Source: Anolis carolinensis (taxonomy: Eukaryota). From it: a stretch of 64,000 nucleotides of DNA. The stretch lies in the NCBI RefSeq assembly GCF_035594765.1, contig NC_085845.1, positions 186,326,897-186,390,896 of the forward strand. The letters are read 5' to 3'. The stretch's first letter is position 1. Each line of letters starts with the position of its first letter. The position numbers were made by a program, and so were the translations under genes. The notes below the pieces were generated by a model, which made no database searches, was not told the DNA's origin, and saw only the letters and a list, made by a program, of their open reading frames with translations. This document shows, piece after piece, positions 35,903 to 50,150 of the stretch.

Positions 35903-36399
35903 AAATATGATCGTTATTGAGAGCAGATGTAGTGAATTTTATCACTTCTGACTTCTAGGTCCTTAGCAAGATCAAGTGGATTTTTAAAACCCCGTCAACA
36001 AAGTTGGAATTTTAGCTAGTCCTTTAATTCAATGTGTACATCGGTTTGAATAGAATCAAAAGCTAGGGTGTTTTCACACATGCATTTTCACAATTTGTAC
36101 TCTATGAATTATGGATTTCCAAGTCACCATAGTATTAACAGCTTTGCTCAGGTCTTCTACAGGGCTACAGCTTCCTAGATTAAGTCTATCTACCTGCAAT
36201 ATATTTATTCCTCTTACTTTGCTTTTCTAATATCTGTCACCATTAAGCAGGGTCTTTCCGGAAAACATAGACATTTTGGGTCACATTCTGTTCGTTTTGC
36301 TTGTGGCTGAAATTGTTACATTATGAGACAGATTGGATATATACCTCTGATACAGAAAGCAATACACAACCATCATGAGTCTGTGTGGGTACATACATG

Positions 36400-36605
36400 T
36401 GCATGCACTTTCAAGTTGCCTGTCAATTTCTGACAATCCCATGAATTTTTCATAGGATTTTTTTTTGCAAAGAATACTGTGAGGTGGTTTTCAAGTGCAT
36501 TCCTCTGAAATATGGCCTACACCTGGTATGCATTGGCAGTCTCTCTTCCAAGTACTAACCAGGGCTGACCCTGATTAGCTTTCAAGATCAGATGTGACTC
36601 TGTGT
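36400..36605 (-). mobile_element. 5S rRNA-derived SINE (SINE3)
   Basis: Reverse strand reads ctgatcttgaaagctaatcagggtcagccctggttagtacttggaagagagac, a 5S internal control region derivative. Confidence 0.75.
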
Positions 36606-38499
36606 AATATTTAGCCATTCATCCTGACTAGTACAACTTTAATCTCCTTTCCCAGAAAACCAAAAAACAACAAAACCCAAAACGTTTTGTTGCCCCTGCC
36701 TCCATTTCCACCTTTGAGGAAAGGGGACTAGTAACATAACCAGGCCTGCTACATTTTTCTCAAGAAGCTGCCACTCCACCATAGTATGAAACTTTAGAGA
36801 CGAAAGGTAAGGTGAGGGAGGACTGTGAGTTCTGTTACTGGACCTATGTGAATCTCTTGCAAAAAGCAGGTTACCAGGGGCTCAGAAAATGTTGCAAAGC
36901 TCTGGCCGCTTAGCTGGTCTGAGTTGGATGCCCTGGGAATGGTCGCAAGTGCAGTGTGGTTTGTCTGGGCAGCAAGAGCTTTACAATGTTCACTGGACCT
37001 GTGGAAATCAGATGCATCTGGATCTTCCCCTCCCTTGACAAAAAACGGTATTAATCAGCAAAAGGAAAACCATTTAAAGTAATACTTGCAAACGAAGTTT
37101 AAAAGCAATACAGCACCCTAAAAAGCCTTTCTGTTGTTAACAACTAGTTCCCAAACATTTTCTATAGTAGAAACTGTTCTCATCTTGCTTCTGGAAAGAC
37201 TCCTACCCACTCCAGCATTACTGTGGAATCCAGTCCTGCTATTCACTCAGTTGAACTATACACCATAACCACAAATTTATGGAACGTACACCATCATCAA
37301 TTTACTGTTTAAGCCAGTAGCATGGACAGTATTATTGTGATTATTTCCAGGTAAACACCTCATCCTCACTCATGTGCTGGTTTTTACCAGGATAATATGT
37401 GAATTGGGCTAATGAAGATGGATCATTCCAGTAAACAAGCAAACAAACAAAAAAACAGCAAAATGAAGAGATGGAAAACTACTGTCTCTGCTGCAAAAAA
37501 GTTTTAAAGAAAATTACAATGGCTCTCACATATATGGGGGACAACATTTGTGCATTCAGTATATAGAATAGTAGTTTTTGTAAAGTGACAAAAGTATTTC
37601 AATATGTTTTGGGTATTGCTTTGGAGGAAAATGTGACTTATCATTGCTTGCTATTGACGTTGTTTTCCTGCTTTAAATGTTGCACTCTGGAAGGGGAATG
37701 TGGATTATGTCCAGATAGTTTGATATCAAAAGTATTTATAAGGAAATACACAGAGTGGTTTTTCTTGATAAACTAGATAACTGCTTTCTGGGACAAGAAT
37801 ATTTTGCTATCTGTTTTGCAGTATCAGGATTATGGTACAGAGACAGCCTTAGGCTCAGTGCAAAAGTAGAAGTATTATTCATACCTGTTATTTTCCAGAT
37901 ATGGAGCAGGCCCTTGGAACAATTGCCAAGATATTGAAGTCTGGTTACAACCAGCCGTTTTGCAAGTTTCCCCACTTTTCCTTCTTTCCTTCCCTTATCT
38001 ATGGCTGCTTGTCGTAAATCTAATGCTCTGCTGTTTACAATTGTCAAGGAGTGGAAGAGAAAAAGGTATGTCGCCCTTGTGGTCTCTTCCAACTTCTATT
38101 ATTATTGGGCAAAAAAACAGAAAATACACAGGCACTGAGCCTCTTGGTTCAGTAGCAGATCTAAACCAAGTTTCTAAGCCAGCTACTTAGTGAAATATAT
38201 ACTATATACTTAAGTATGCTTAACTATATAGTTAAGCGTGTATAACTGTACATAACCTTATACCTAAGTATGTAATTATTGGTAAGTATATTTAACTAAG
38301 TTCCTCCTGGCCCACCCATCTGTCAGTTCTAAGTTACTGGGCAACAGCCATTGTGAGCAACAGTGTTCTACTGTCAATCAAATTGCAGCAGACTGACATT
38401 TTCACGCCACTCCCACAAGAAATCTCCAGTATGACCATCAGAAGCAAAATCCCTATCACAATTCCTCCTTGCACTTGAAATCATTGGAGCTTTTAGCTA

Positions 38500-38700
38500 G
38501 GCCGGGCTGTGGCGCAGGCTGGTTAGCAGCCAGCTGCAACAAATCACTCTGACCAAGAGGTCATGAGTTCGAGGCCAGCCCGTGTCTCTGTTCTATGTTA
38601 TGGCATTGAATGTTTGTCTTATATGTGTGAAATGTGATCCGCCCTGAGTCCCCTTCGGGGTGAGAAGGGCAGAATATAAATATTGTAAATAAATAAATAA
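38500..38700 (+). mobile_element. L2-tailed tRNA SINE (Anolis SINE2 type)
   Basis: A box-like tggcgcaggctgg, B box-like gagttcgaggcc, L2 stem-loop tail, (AAAT)n. Confidence 0.85.
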
Positions 38701-40603
38701 ACTGCTTTAATGCAGTACTGAGGTCTTCTACTCATGGTACGATGCTGGTTAGTGGTTGTGTGGCTTGCTGTAGCTTCCATTATGCATTGCTTGTTGGTTT
38801 GTAATAAAGACACACCTAAAACAAACAAATACCATATAAAATTATGGCTCTGTCATCAAGAAGATGATTTCACCCAGTTTATGGAGAAAAACACCAAACA
38901 AAGTGAAATATAGATGTGAATTTCTGTTTGTGGCACACTACGTTTGTCATGTCTCTAGTTTCAAATCAACCTATGTTTTTCTAAGGATCTCTTCTTGGTT
39001 GGCAGTCTTTACTTGCATGTTTTGAAATATCGGCAACAGGAGACATTTTTCTTCCGTGGGAAAGAACAATCTATACAAAGGTGTTTAGTGTCTCAATGTC
39101 TCTCTCTCTAGTTCACACACTCATATTCAGGACAGCGTGATCTGCATTGTTTTCAAATCAGTCACAAACTATTATGTTTGACATTCAGTGCTTCTTTTAA
39201 TGCTCTAAATATTTCTTCAGAGGGAGAAATCAATAATTCAAAGTGAGGGTCAAGCAAGGACTTGGGGAAAAGGTAAAGTAATCCGAAGCATAAACAGAGA
39301 AAATATTAGAATGACCAAGAAGGCAAAGCTGAAGCAAATGCTGCCTATGCCGCAAGCACTCTTTTCCTGCTTCTTTACGTAAAAACTTAAACAAGTATTC
39401 AGTAATCAGCCAGCACCACAGTTGTCCTGCAACCTGGAAACAAATACAGTACAAACAAGAATTGTAATGTGAAGTGTTTACTTTATTGATTGGTTGGATT
39501 TAGATCTCACTTTTATCCCAAAATATGATTCAAGGCACCTTTTAAAATATTTTTGCATAAAATAATCCAGACCTGAACTTGCTGAAGCAAATCAAATCAG
39601 GACCAGATTATCAGTGGTTAATATGGTACAACTGCTTCAGGGCCCACACTGGCTGGAGCTAGGTGCCAAAGGAAAAAGTTGGATCTTTGCTTCTTCCTCT
39701 TCCCCAGTTGCTTCCCAAATCTTTCAATATTTGATGTCTCATTAGAGTAGCTTGATAAAAATATGTTGGAAATGCCTGTTCATCTTGTGGAATTTCCAGG
39801 GCTGGAAAGGAGTTCACACAAGACTCTGTGCTATTGTCTACTGTGTGTTTTATTTTGTAGAGGACTATCTAGGACTTAGCTCCCCAAACTGTGTCGTGAC
39901 ACATTAGAGTTTCGGCAGCTGTGTGTAAGTGTGTTGCATGAATGTCTCCCCATGTGATGAGGTGGAGGGAAGTTGGAATGGTGTGGGGCACAAATGAGAT
40001 ACAACTGAAAACATATACCGAGGTTGCTTTTAGTTTTCCTATAATGAAATATCCATGTGTGCATACCTTCGGCTTAGTTGCATTACTAATGTAATCTTTT
40101 AACTTCTTCCAATAGAATGCATGTCTGGCAACTATGATTTCACCTGAAGATTTCCTTTTCTATTTGGTAAAGCGTAGGACTGAAGAATAAGTAGAGCAGA
40201 TACACCAGAACAGAGCTTTCCTAACATTTCTTTTGTGGAAACAAATTTTTTTCACGCCGATTTGGCAGGTTCATATTCCTGGATTTGGCAAATTGGCATG
40301 AACGACTTCGAATGGTCTTTTTACTTTGATCTTACTTTCTTTCACTATATCAACCATCCATTATCCCGACCTTGACAATTTCATGTTGGTGACATTCTTT
40401 TTATACCTGCGTCATTTCATGACACAGTAATTCAGTTTTACTAGCAAACCAAAGGTCAAACCAACCTCTTATAAGAGATACAGATATATATACATACATT
40501 GCAATATTAAAATGTATAGGACACAACAATCTCATGAAAACCTTTTTAAAAATATATGATTTGTATGATAACAACATACATTTTCAAGTTTTTTGTTGTT
40601 TCC

Positions 40604-40607
<4 letters not shown>

Positions 40608-40653
<46 letters not shown>

Positions 40654-41040
40654 TTTTTTAAAATTTATACCCCGCCCCCTCTCTCCGAAGGGACTCAGAA
40701 CGGCTTACAACAAATAATACAAAAATAGTATAGCAAAAATAAAAACAATAATAAACAATAAACAGTTATCAACTTAATACAATTGAAAATAACATAGGTA
40801 TTAATAAATAACAATTTAAAAGCTATTTGCCCTTTAAAACAATCTAGCTATAAATCAGTGTTTAAACCAGTCATTCCTATTATTGAATTATCCAGCAGTT
40901 ATGATTACAGTCTCATGGTCATTCAAGTCCTGTCCAATAGATACAGTCTAGCCATTCTCAAAGGCTTGCTTAAATAGCTAAGTTTTTAGCTCCTTCCTAA
41001 AAATTAACAAAGTGGGTGCTTGTCTTATTTCCTTGGGGAC
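40608..41040 (-). mobile_element. L2 3' end with (ATT)n tail
   Basis: Stem-loop tail at 40665-40710 and ORF2-end remnant at 40955-41040. Confidence 0.7.
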
Positions 41041-42514
41041 ACACCTACACACTAATGTGTCGCAATACAGTTTGGAAAGCTGTGCCCTAGAATTTGTTTG
41101 AATGTAGTTGCACAATTTCAGCAATTTTAAGAGGAAATAGATACATAAATAAAATGATTGGAGATAAGTATCTGTATGTACTTAGCAGCCCCAACATATG
41201 GGGAGGAGCATGACACGCATACAGTTACAAGGTAAATTAATACCTTTGCCTTCTGTAGAGCAGTTGCATTCATAGCAAACACTGTTTAAAGAGATTGTTG
41301 AATTCCTCTATCAAGTCTCTGGTACCAAAGTGTAAAGCTTGGAAATGTTACTTTGGGGACTACAACTCACCTATTATTTGAATTAGATATTTTCTAAAGC
41401 CATTTCATGTATTTGATTACAATTACAGTATCATAGAAGTGAATGTTTGTGACCATATACATTCTTCCTACCACCGTCACCACCTGTGAACCTTTCCAGG
41501 CAACCAAGAGCTCTTATTGATATTATCCTTCACTCCTTTGCCAATTCATTATGCCTACAAGTCAGACTTCACTGCTGTCACCCCACATCTGAACTGACCA
41601 GTTTAACAAGGCTTTCTTTCATAGCTGTGTCAGAATTAATCAAGGCATTAATTGAGGCAATAACAAATGAAGAAATGTTTTTGTTCACATTTTCCTTTCA
41701 TGTGAAGTGAATGACTATAAACTTCGAATGTGTAACAATGTACCATTGAAGTTGATTAAGCAAGAAATTGTTTCCTTGTTTGCTTAATCAAAGAAAACAG
41801 TGATAAGGAAATATAAAACTCCTTCCTTGATTCTTTAGCTGAATAAGACTCAATAGTTTGATTAGATCTTGATGTTTTCAAAGTAGCAAAGTAGTACAGA
41901 ATGTTATATGTTAACATCCAGTATCACACAGATACATCTCCTTTTGGGGCTGTATTAATCTTTGAAACAGGAAGATATAAACAGACAGAATGATTTAAAT
42001 TATTCACGATGCTGGTATACCTCCATTAATGAAGTGGATGTGTCCCTGGGCATTACTTCTTCAACAAAAAATTTGGCAGTAGAAACAGAAATGATATGGA
42101 AAGTTTTTAGGGAGGTTCCTATGTCATGAAAAAGAAGAACAGTTCAACATTGTTCAGGAAACTTTATATTCAGAACTGACAACCTGCACGTGCAAAATAA
42201 AACAACCAGATCAAATAAGTCTTGCCTACCAAATGAACTTTCAAGTGCTTGAAGGTTCTTCCAAAATGCATCCAGGGATGACGTGGTCTTTCACCACTCT
42301 TCATTTTCCTCATGATTTCCATTGTGGTGGCCAGACTTACTGATGTGTGTGTGTTTTAAATCTTCTGAGGATAGCTGGTGAGGCTGGCTTATCTGCTCTT
42401 TCATTATTTTCTCTGTTTTACTGTTCGTGGATGCTCAGTAAGGGATACTGGAGGCAGCTCTTTACCTTGTTTGTTGTAGGCAGGTCCACACTGACACAGA
42501 AGGATCATCTAGAG

Positions 42515-42857
42515 CACCACTTCTTAAACTGTGGGTCCTGGCCCCAAATGGGATCCCATTAGCACAATGTTGGAGTCATGAAAAATTTGGCAATAGTAAA
42601 AAGGTTTCTGAATGCCACGGATTTACACAAATCTGTTAGCAACATCATGCAGTGTTTACAGTGCACTCGGAAGAAAATGCTTCAGCTGTACTTCACAAAA
42701 AGGAAAATCAGTCTGTTTAGCAAGCCTTGCAAATGCTGATTTATTATCAGTAAATGTTTGATTTGTATACCTATTTTATATACCTATATACTCGAGGCTA
42801 GGTAAAAATTTCTAGAGCAAAAGCTTGGTCCCAAGTAGAAAAGTTTAAGAAGCCCTG
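42515..42857. mobile_element. hAT non-autonomous element
   Basis: TIR caccacttcttaaact/agtttaagaagccctg; TSD atctagag/atctagac. Confidence 0.8.
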
Positions 42858-44924
42858 ATCTAGACAGAATCCCATTCTTTTCTACATTGAGCTTTATTTC
42901 ATTGTTTACTGCAGACACACTAGTGCAACCCAGTACCAGAGGTCTGTATTTCTAGTTTTCATTAACCATCCTCTCAATTCTAATGCTGCTAAAAATGCCT
43001 CCCAGTTAGACAGAAGATAAGAAAGAAAAGGGGACATCGAGCAGCTGTGAAAAGATTTTGTCAGAGGCTTTGTTAACTAACGTATGGCTGTACTGTGCCA
43101 ACTGTATTTATTTCATGTTATGCTATTAGGACAAGACAACACACAGAACAAGGTTGTTTTGAGCTTGACTTTTTCGGTGTAATTTATCTTGCATGGAAGG
43201 GAATCATGTAATGGAACTAGTGCTAGTCTCCAAGCCATCTCTTGCCAGTCTCTGGAGAGCTTCCAAGAAAGACAACTGTAGCCAAGGGGTGCAAATATGG
43301 TGCCTGTCTTTAGCATATTTGGAGAAAGAGGCTGCTGGTCCCCAGTGTAAGATAGCTTGAGAAGCACTAAAGGATATTGTCCAAAAGATATGAAAGTGCT
43401 TGCAGAAATATATATGGAGCAAATCCACTCTTAACAAACCTTGCTAAGAAGACCCATAGGTTTGCCTTAGGATTGCCATAAATGGGAAATGGCTTGCAGG
43501 CCAGGCCACACACACTCCAGGTTTATGTCATACCAGGATACAACATTAAGTTTCACCTCTACAAATATTTTATAGACTTTCCAACCTTTTCTTGCCTCTG
43601 AGTAATTATGGAACAAACATGACAGAACAGTGGATACGGTATATTTACCTGGTTATAATCTTTAGACTGCTTGTTATTGCTAACAGGCGTATAGGTAGGC
43701 AAAGGAAGTTTCTCCATAGTTTGTTATGATTAGGAATTTGGTTATGTGAGCATATAAACTACATGCCTGAGGTATATTACTCTTAAGGATGAATTATATA
43801 TTTTGCTTCTCCACTATTACTACCTACTGCTAAGTCTGCATAGCATACCCAACAACCACAGTGTTTGTGCACCTGTGAATACATTATTCTAGGGATTACT
43901 GTTGTAAACAGACTGTCTTGTGCCTAACATAACTGAGTAGGTTATTTGCATGGAATAGCATGTCTTAATGCACTCCATCTCCTCATTTATGTTAAGCTCT
44001 TAAGGCATCTGTAATCTTAAAATGCGATTTCCTGTGTTACAATCAAATCCTAAATTTCATAAATCACATAATTACTCACAATTAAAATTGGTTATATCAA
44101 GAGGGTGTATATGTAAATGTTGATAGAGATCCTATTAAAATGTCATTTCCCTGTGGAAACAAATACAAAGAACTTCTACAGTAATTATTTTTAATGGTTT
44201 TCTTCAATTATTTGCATAAGAACAAATCAGCAGCAAACATGAAGATTAGTACTGTTATAGCTGAAGCCATTTGAGATTGAAGAAGTGTTTTTTCCAATAC
44301 TTGCTCTACATAAATTAAATATAATTTTTATAAATACAAGCACACTCATGATTATAGGGACTTAATTCCACAAACGGGGGAAAGCAGGTAGAATTGTCTT
44401 CTTTGCATGACATTTATTGGGGTTTTGTCTTTAAAGAAGACAGAGAATTTACTCACCCCATCACAAATGATCACCTCCTCCTGCTTCTTGGTCAGCCATC
44501 CATTTAATTCCCATCACACAGGTAGGCCATGTCTCTTCCAATTTCAAGGATGCCAGCACACTTTTTAAAACAGGGATCCTTCTTGAGACACCACTTTCCA
44601 TGGGATCCTTTTCCCTCAAGCCCCTTAAAGGAGACAAGGCACCCTTTTAAAAACACTTCTTTCCATGGGACCTATACCATCTTTAAACCACTAATAGAAA
44701 CAGAAGAAGCATTAGCAGACCACCCACAGGAACGCCCATTCCACCTTAAAATAAGTACCTTTAGCTGTTTCTACACAAATGTGGAGTTCTGGATTCAATT
44801 GGTTTCTGACTCCAAACACTTCAGTTTCTTCCCACGGGCCACCGACAGAAGTACTCTTGCTTCATTTGACAAGGTCTGTGAGACTCTGTCTTTACAATGT
44901 CTTTAAAGTGTGTAGAAATGGAGG

Positions 44925-45712
44925 AAAGCCAGCATATGATGAGGTCCTAGGCTGCATACTCAATAGGAGTATACTGTCTAGATTGGGAGGCAATCATGAC
45001 ACCACTGCTTTCTGTTTTGGCTACACCCCACCTAGAGTACTTGTGCCAGCAGGACTGCTGACGGACAGGTCAGTGGTTTGAATCTGGGGAGAGCAGGTGA
45101 GATCTTTCAGTCAGCTCCAGCTCCCCACACGGGGACATGAGAGAAGCCTTCCACAAGGATAGTAAAAAAAATCAAAACATCCAGGTATCCCCTGGGCAAC
45201 ATCCTTGCAAACAGCCAATTCTCTCACACCAGAAGTAACGTGCAGTTTTTCATGTGTCAGGAGAAATACTGTATCCAGTTCTGGGTAGTAATTCAAGAAG
45301 GATATTGAAAAGCTAGAATGTGTCCAGAGGAGGGTGAGCAAAATGATCAAAAATCTGGAAACCATGAAGACAGCATGAGGAGTTGGGTATGTTTAACCTG
45401 GAGAAAAGAAAGCTGAAGGGGGACATGATAGCCATGTTTAAATATTTGAAAGGATGTCGTATTAAAGATGGAGAAATCTTGTTTTCTACTGCTCAAGCAA
45501 TGGATTCAAACTCCAGGAAAAGGGATTCCACCTACACATTAGTAAGGACTTCTTGACAATAAGAACTGTTAATGGAGTATGTTGCCTTGGAGTGTGGCGG
45601 AGTCTCCTCTTCTGGAAGTTTTTAACCAGAGGCTGGATGGCCATGTGTTGGTAGTGCTTTGTGTGTTTCTGCATTGCAGGGGTTGGCCTATGTTGACTAA
45701 CTGTGATCCTAT
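44925..45712 (+). mobile_element. CR1 3' fragment interrupted by a SINE (~45050-45255)
   Basis: ctaggctgcat..aataggagtat; tgtgtccagaggagg; aaatatttgaaaggatgtc; gattccacct. Confidence 0.8.
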
Positions 45713-48254
45713 GACCACACAAGATTGCATATGCTGAAATGTATACATATTTCAAGTATGGTAGCATCATTGTAGTGTTGTACTTACATTATTATTTTTC
45801 TTACTTTCATAGCTGAACTGTTCCCTATCACACGTTGGACTTTCCATTGTGTAACACAGTAATAATGCCCTGCCTACCATGTTCTGCTTTGTTGGTTTTT
45901 TAATCGAAATTATTTTTAATAAAATAATTCTTACCTTACATCATTCTTCCTCTGCTCCCTACCTTCATAATGAGGTTTCTCTGTATTGTTTACCTAAGGG
46001 TGTTATGCACATCATGTAATGTAATTGGTTTAATAAGCCAAAGAGTTGGGTAGTTGTAAAGGAGGAGGGAAACAAGGGAGTAGCTGCTGAGATCTCTGTG
46101 GAGCCTTTTGAATGGAAACCTGTTCCATCATTTCCTTGGAAACTCTTGTAGTTAACCTGCCACCTGTTAGGAAGGGCCCTGTGTGCTTGAACTAAAGCAA
46201 AACTTTGGTAATGGGAGAGGAAAGTTATTCATGGTAACATGACTTCTGTCCTAGAAATGGTGCATAACTGCAATACCAGTATATTGCTTCTGGTGGGGGT
46301 GGGGGTTGGCAATAGCTGCCCTGAAACTCAGACCCATCCCTTCTGTTCTTGGTTTTAACTTTGCTGCTAAATGAACCAATGGAGCCTTCATGAGGATTTG
46401 ATCCTCGAACTTGGGACACATTAAAAGAATACATGCAGAACATTTAATTTATTTACACATAACTGATAGCATCAGATCACCCTGCTTTACTGACAGGGGA
46501 CTGATACTGATCAATATTGATTTGTCCAAGGCCCCTGCATCCCTGTCAAGTGAGGCTGAATGGTCTTCCTCCTTTTATCTGTTCATTGGACCACAACTAC
46601 CTAACCTGAGATAGATGTTACTGTAATTGCCTTGCAAACTGCAGACAACAAGAGGTGATACCATATATGGATTCTGTATAATCTGAGCCCCAAAGTTATC
46701 CCCGGTGGCCTATTTCTGAGCCAATAGGTGGTGATGAAAGACAAGTCTTGGCTTGTACTCCTACCTATTACTTTTCAGGTGCCAGCTCTGGTGAGGAGCT
46801 GTTTTGCAGCTTTTTCTATGAAGCATCTCCCTGTCATGGCTTTCACTTGGGTCATTGTTGGTGCTTTTACAAAGGCAGATCACTTACTCGCTTGAGAAGA
46901 GGAGATGACAGGGCAGTGAGGGGTCTGGCTATCATTTATTAATGCCACCCGTGTTGCATTTCCCTTTGACTCTTTCAAGATTTCTGTAGACTATGGAGAA
47001 AGATAGTGAAGTGATGATGATGTAAAAGAAAAAAAACTGTTGGAGCTCACAGAGAAACTTGAGAAAGGAGAGGGCTTCACAGAGGATCAGAAAGAAAAGA
47101 AAGCAGGGAGGGGGCCACATGTTGCTAGCAACAGAGAGAAGCGAGACAGATTAATACTTGTGTGTCTAATGTATGCTTAGATTCGCTGCCCTCATTTTTC
47201 TTTCTAAAAGTCCTCAAAGCATTTACAATAAAATGCTTTGAACTGGATCCAGATGTAGGTGTGTGCAACTAGACTGATGGAAAGGGACTTTTTGTCACTT
47301 TAACATGCCCAGTCAAAATGTTATGCAAAGGACCCTTTTAAATGGTGCAGGGGGGATGAGGATTCCTAAAAACCAGGTGAAAGTACTGAATGTACATCCT
47401 GGATACAACCCCTGATAGAATATAATAGGTAATAACATGATGAAGGACCTTTGCGGCAAAGAAAGCGAGAAGGAAGAAGAGTGCTGAGGATGAGAGAAAG
47501 GCTAACCAGGTGGCTTTGTGTGCTGAAGCCAAGAGGAAAATCCTGTTCTGTGGAGGACTACTTCCAGCTGCTTAATAACTTAAACAGTAATGCTGTGCAT
47601 TGCAGATGCTCAGTCATTTCCTTTAATTATTGGGCCTTGCTTCGCAAGAACTTGTCTGGTCATGAGAACCACACCCCTTTTCTGCATCTTTCACAAAACC
47701 AGGCCTAGTATGTCCATGTGCCCAGACATAATTCAAAGTTTGGCTTCAGCAATAGTTCAGGCAGAACCTATGTAGTTTCAGGATAGTAGTGGTGCACATG
47801 CTGACTTTCTCAAAGGCATGCTCAGCATTCAAGGAAGCAGCATATAGATTAGATATCCTTGTATAGAGGATATCCTTGTATACAGATACCCTTGTGTCAG
47901 ACCCATTTGTTTTCATCCCAGTGGAAGCAGGTGCTGTTTAGTATCATATTTCTTTCTTGGTATCTTTACTATTTCACTTTCAGGCTCCTTAAAAACCCTG
48001 TAGTATCATTTATCTGTACAACAGGGTTCTCAAATTGCTTTATAATATATACTTCAGTATACTTTCCTTCAGAGGCAGCTGGTAAATGTGCTTCAGAGTT
48101 TGGCACCAGCAGAGCTCCTATCCAACTTGAAGTAGCTCTAAGAAGAGCAGAGGTAAAATTAGGAGTGGATTCGCCATTGTCATAACCCAATCCAAGGCTG
48201 ATCCTGCGTTCTTTAAGTAAATTCTTGTTACTCAAAGAAACATTATCTTTGGTG

Positions 48255-48486
48255 TATTGTCGAAGGCTTTCATGGCCAGAGTCACTGGGTTGCTGTGAGT
48301 CTTTCGGGCTGTATGGCCATGTTCCAGAAGCTTTCTTTCCTGACATTTCACTTGTATCTATGGCAGGCACAGGTTGTGAGGTATACGTCACATCATCTGA
48401 AGATGCCTGCCACAGATGTGGGCTTAACATCAGAAGAGAAAGCTTCTGGAACATGGCCATACAGCCTGAAAGACTCACAGCAACCC
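48255..48486 (-). mobile_element. Fold-back Penelope-derived element with perfect TSD
   Basis: Inverted arms; TSD cattatctttggtg at 48241-48254 and 48486-48499. Confidence 0.9.
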
Positions 48487-49643
48487 ATTATCTTTGGTGA
48501 TCGGATGACCTTTCACACTACACAATTATATTAGAATCATAGTGTTGGAAGAATGCAGAACGGTCCTCAATTCCTACCCCCTGCATTGCTATGATTTTGC
48601 TTTATTGCCATGCAGTTGGTAGTTTGATGAGACACTGGAGTTCTTTGGCTCAAAATTCAAAGTGCCCTTCCTTGAACTCCAGATCACAAGATTTCATAGG
48701 ATGGAAGCATGTCAGTTAAAATGGAATTATAGTGCTATAATTATGTAATGTGAAATGTCTGTGAGGCAAAGGCTTGGTTCACCTGTCATGGAAAACTCAG
48801 TTAACTATGAATGAGTATTGGATGTATTTTGTGGTCTGGTCTTATCATGTTTTTTTTAAAAAAAATGTTTGTTCATTTTGTACATTGTTATGTTAAAACC
48901 TAGCAGAGAGATCCACAATTGTCTTTTCAACATCACCCTCAAACAAGCCAAATAAATCTTAAAATGAATTCTTGGGAGGGGGGGGCAGGGTTGTCAAGTT
49001 TATCAGAGGAGTAAGAAGGCTGAAAGCTGACTCCTGACAGTTTGAACAACATCATCAATATGCTTGAAAACTTGTGGCTTGTTTAGTTATTTCTGCTATA
49101 AGCCAAATAGCTTGATGTTAAGCCATAGCACTGCCCCCCCCCCCAAAGATTTATAGAACATCAAAAGATAACATGCAAGATGTATGTTTTTTTCCCTTAT
49201 TATTAAAACCTTCTCCGTGGCTCCAGATTTGCAAAAGGTCGAAGCGCTAGAGACGATGGAATGGACCTATCAGCAGCTGTACCCTACAGACTCTATCAAA
49301 GCTAACCCTACAATAAATATATAAACTTGAGATTTTATGTTAACTTGTATCTTTTATGCCCATGCATTTTACTAACACTATACTACTGAAATTAGATTGT
49401 GGTTTGAGATCATGAGAGCAGAGGCATTTGCCATGTTCTGCTTATCCTTGAATTGCAACAAGAGTTTCATGAATGAGGAAATGCAACATCACAGATAATC
49501 ATCAACATAATAATACTGAGACTTTACATAAAAGAATGGGTCAAAGGTTCAAGAATAAGCCAAGCAGTAAACTATTAGTCTACAAACAATACTGATTTTA
49601 TCAAATGCAATTTCACTATCTAGTTTTGCAAGTACACATCTTA

Positions 49644-49677
<34 letters not shown>

Positions 49678-49682
49678 AATGA

Positions 49683-49860
49683 TAAGTTGCCTGTTAACTT
49701 ATGGCAACCCCATGGATTTCATATGTTTTGCTTTTGTTTTTTGTAGAAAGGAATACTCAGAGGTGGTTTTATTAATCCCTTCCTCTGATATATATCCTAC
49801 ATTACCTAGTAATCACCAGGGCTGATCCTGTTTAGCTTTTGAAATCAGAGATTTGTGACC
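49683..49860 (-). mobile_element. Degraded 5S-derived SINE
   Basis: Similar to 36400-36605. Confidence 0.55.
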
Positions 49861-50101
49861 TTTACTAGTATGACCTTTAGTAATTGTAGTTTTGTAGCAG
49901 AGTTTTTTATTACGGATTTCAGCAGAAAATTATATGTAAATTTGATTCTTAAATGCTATGAATATAATCCCTTCTCTGTGCAACTATTGAGATTGTGAAG
50001 CAGTACTTAAAGTGCTGGAGTAAAAGTCACACTTTCTTTGGTCTTTGTTTTCTTGGCAGCTGTTTCAGATTGTTATCAAGAAATCAGACCCCGCAGCAAT
50101 A

Positions 50102-50103
<2 letters not shown>

Positions 50104-50147
<44 letters not shown>
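50104..50147. repeat. (AT)n microsatellite; others include (ATC)n at 12852-12890 and 16433-16461 and (TG)n at 49648-49674
   Basis: Direct inspection. Confidence 0.9.

Positions 50148-50150
<3 letters not shown>

Noticed and set aside
36510-36600. 5S rRNA gene
   Set aside because: Partial, diverged and fused to a SINE body.
46779-46790. 12-nt in-frame microexon candidate
   Set aside because: Such site pairs are expected by chance in 58 kb; no supporting homology.
47438-47490. ATGATGA..CTGA box C/D snoRNA-like motif
   Set aside because: Too short, with no terminal stem or internal boxes.
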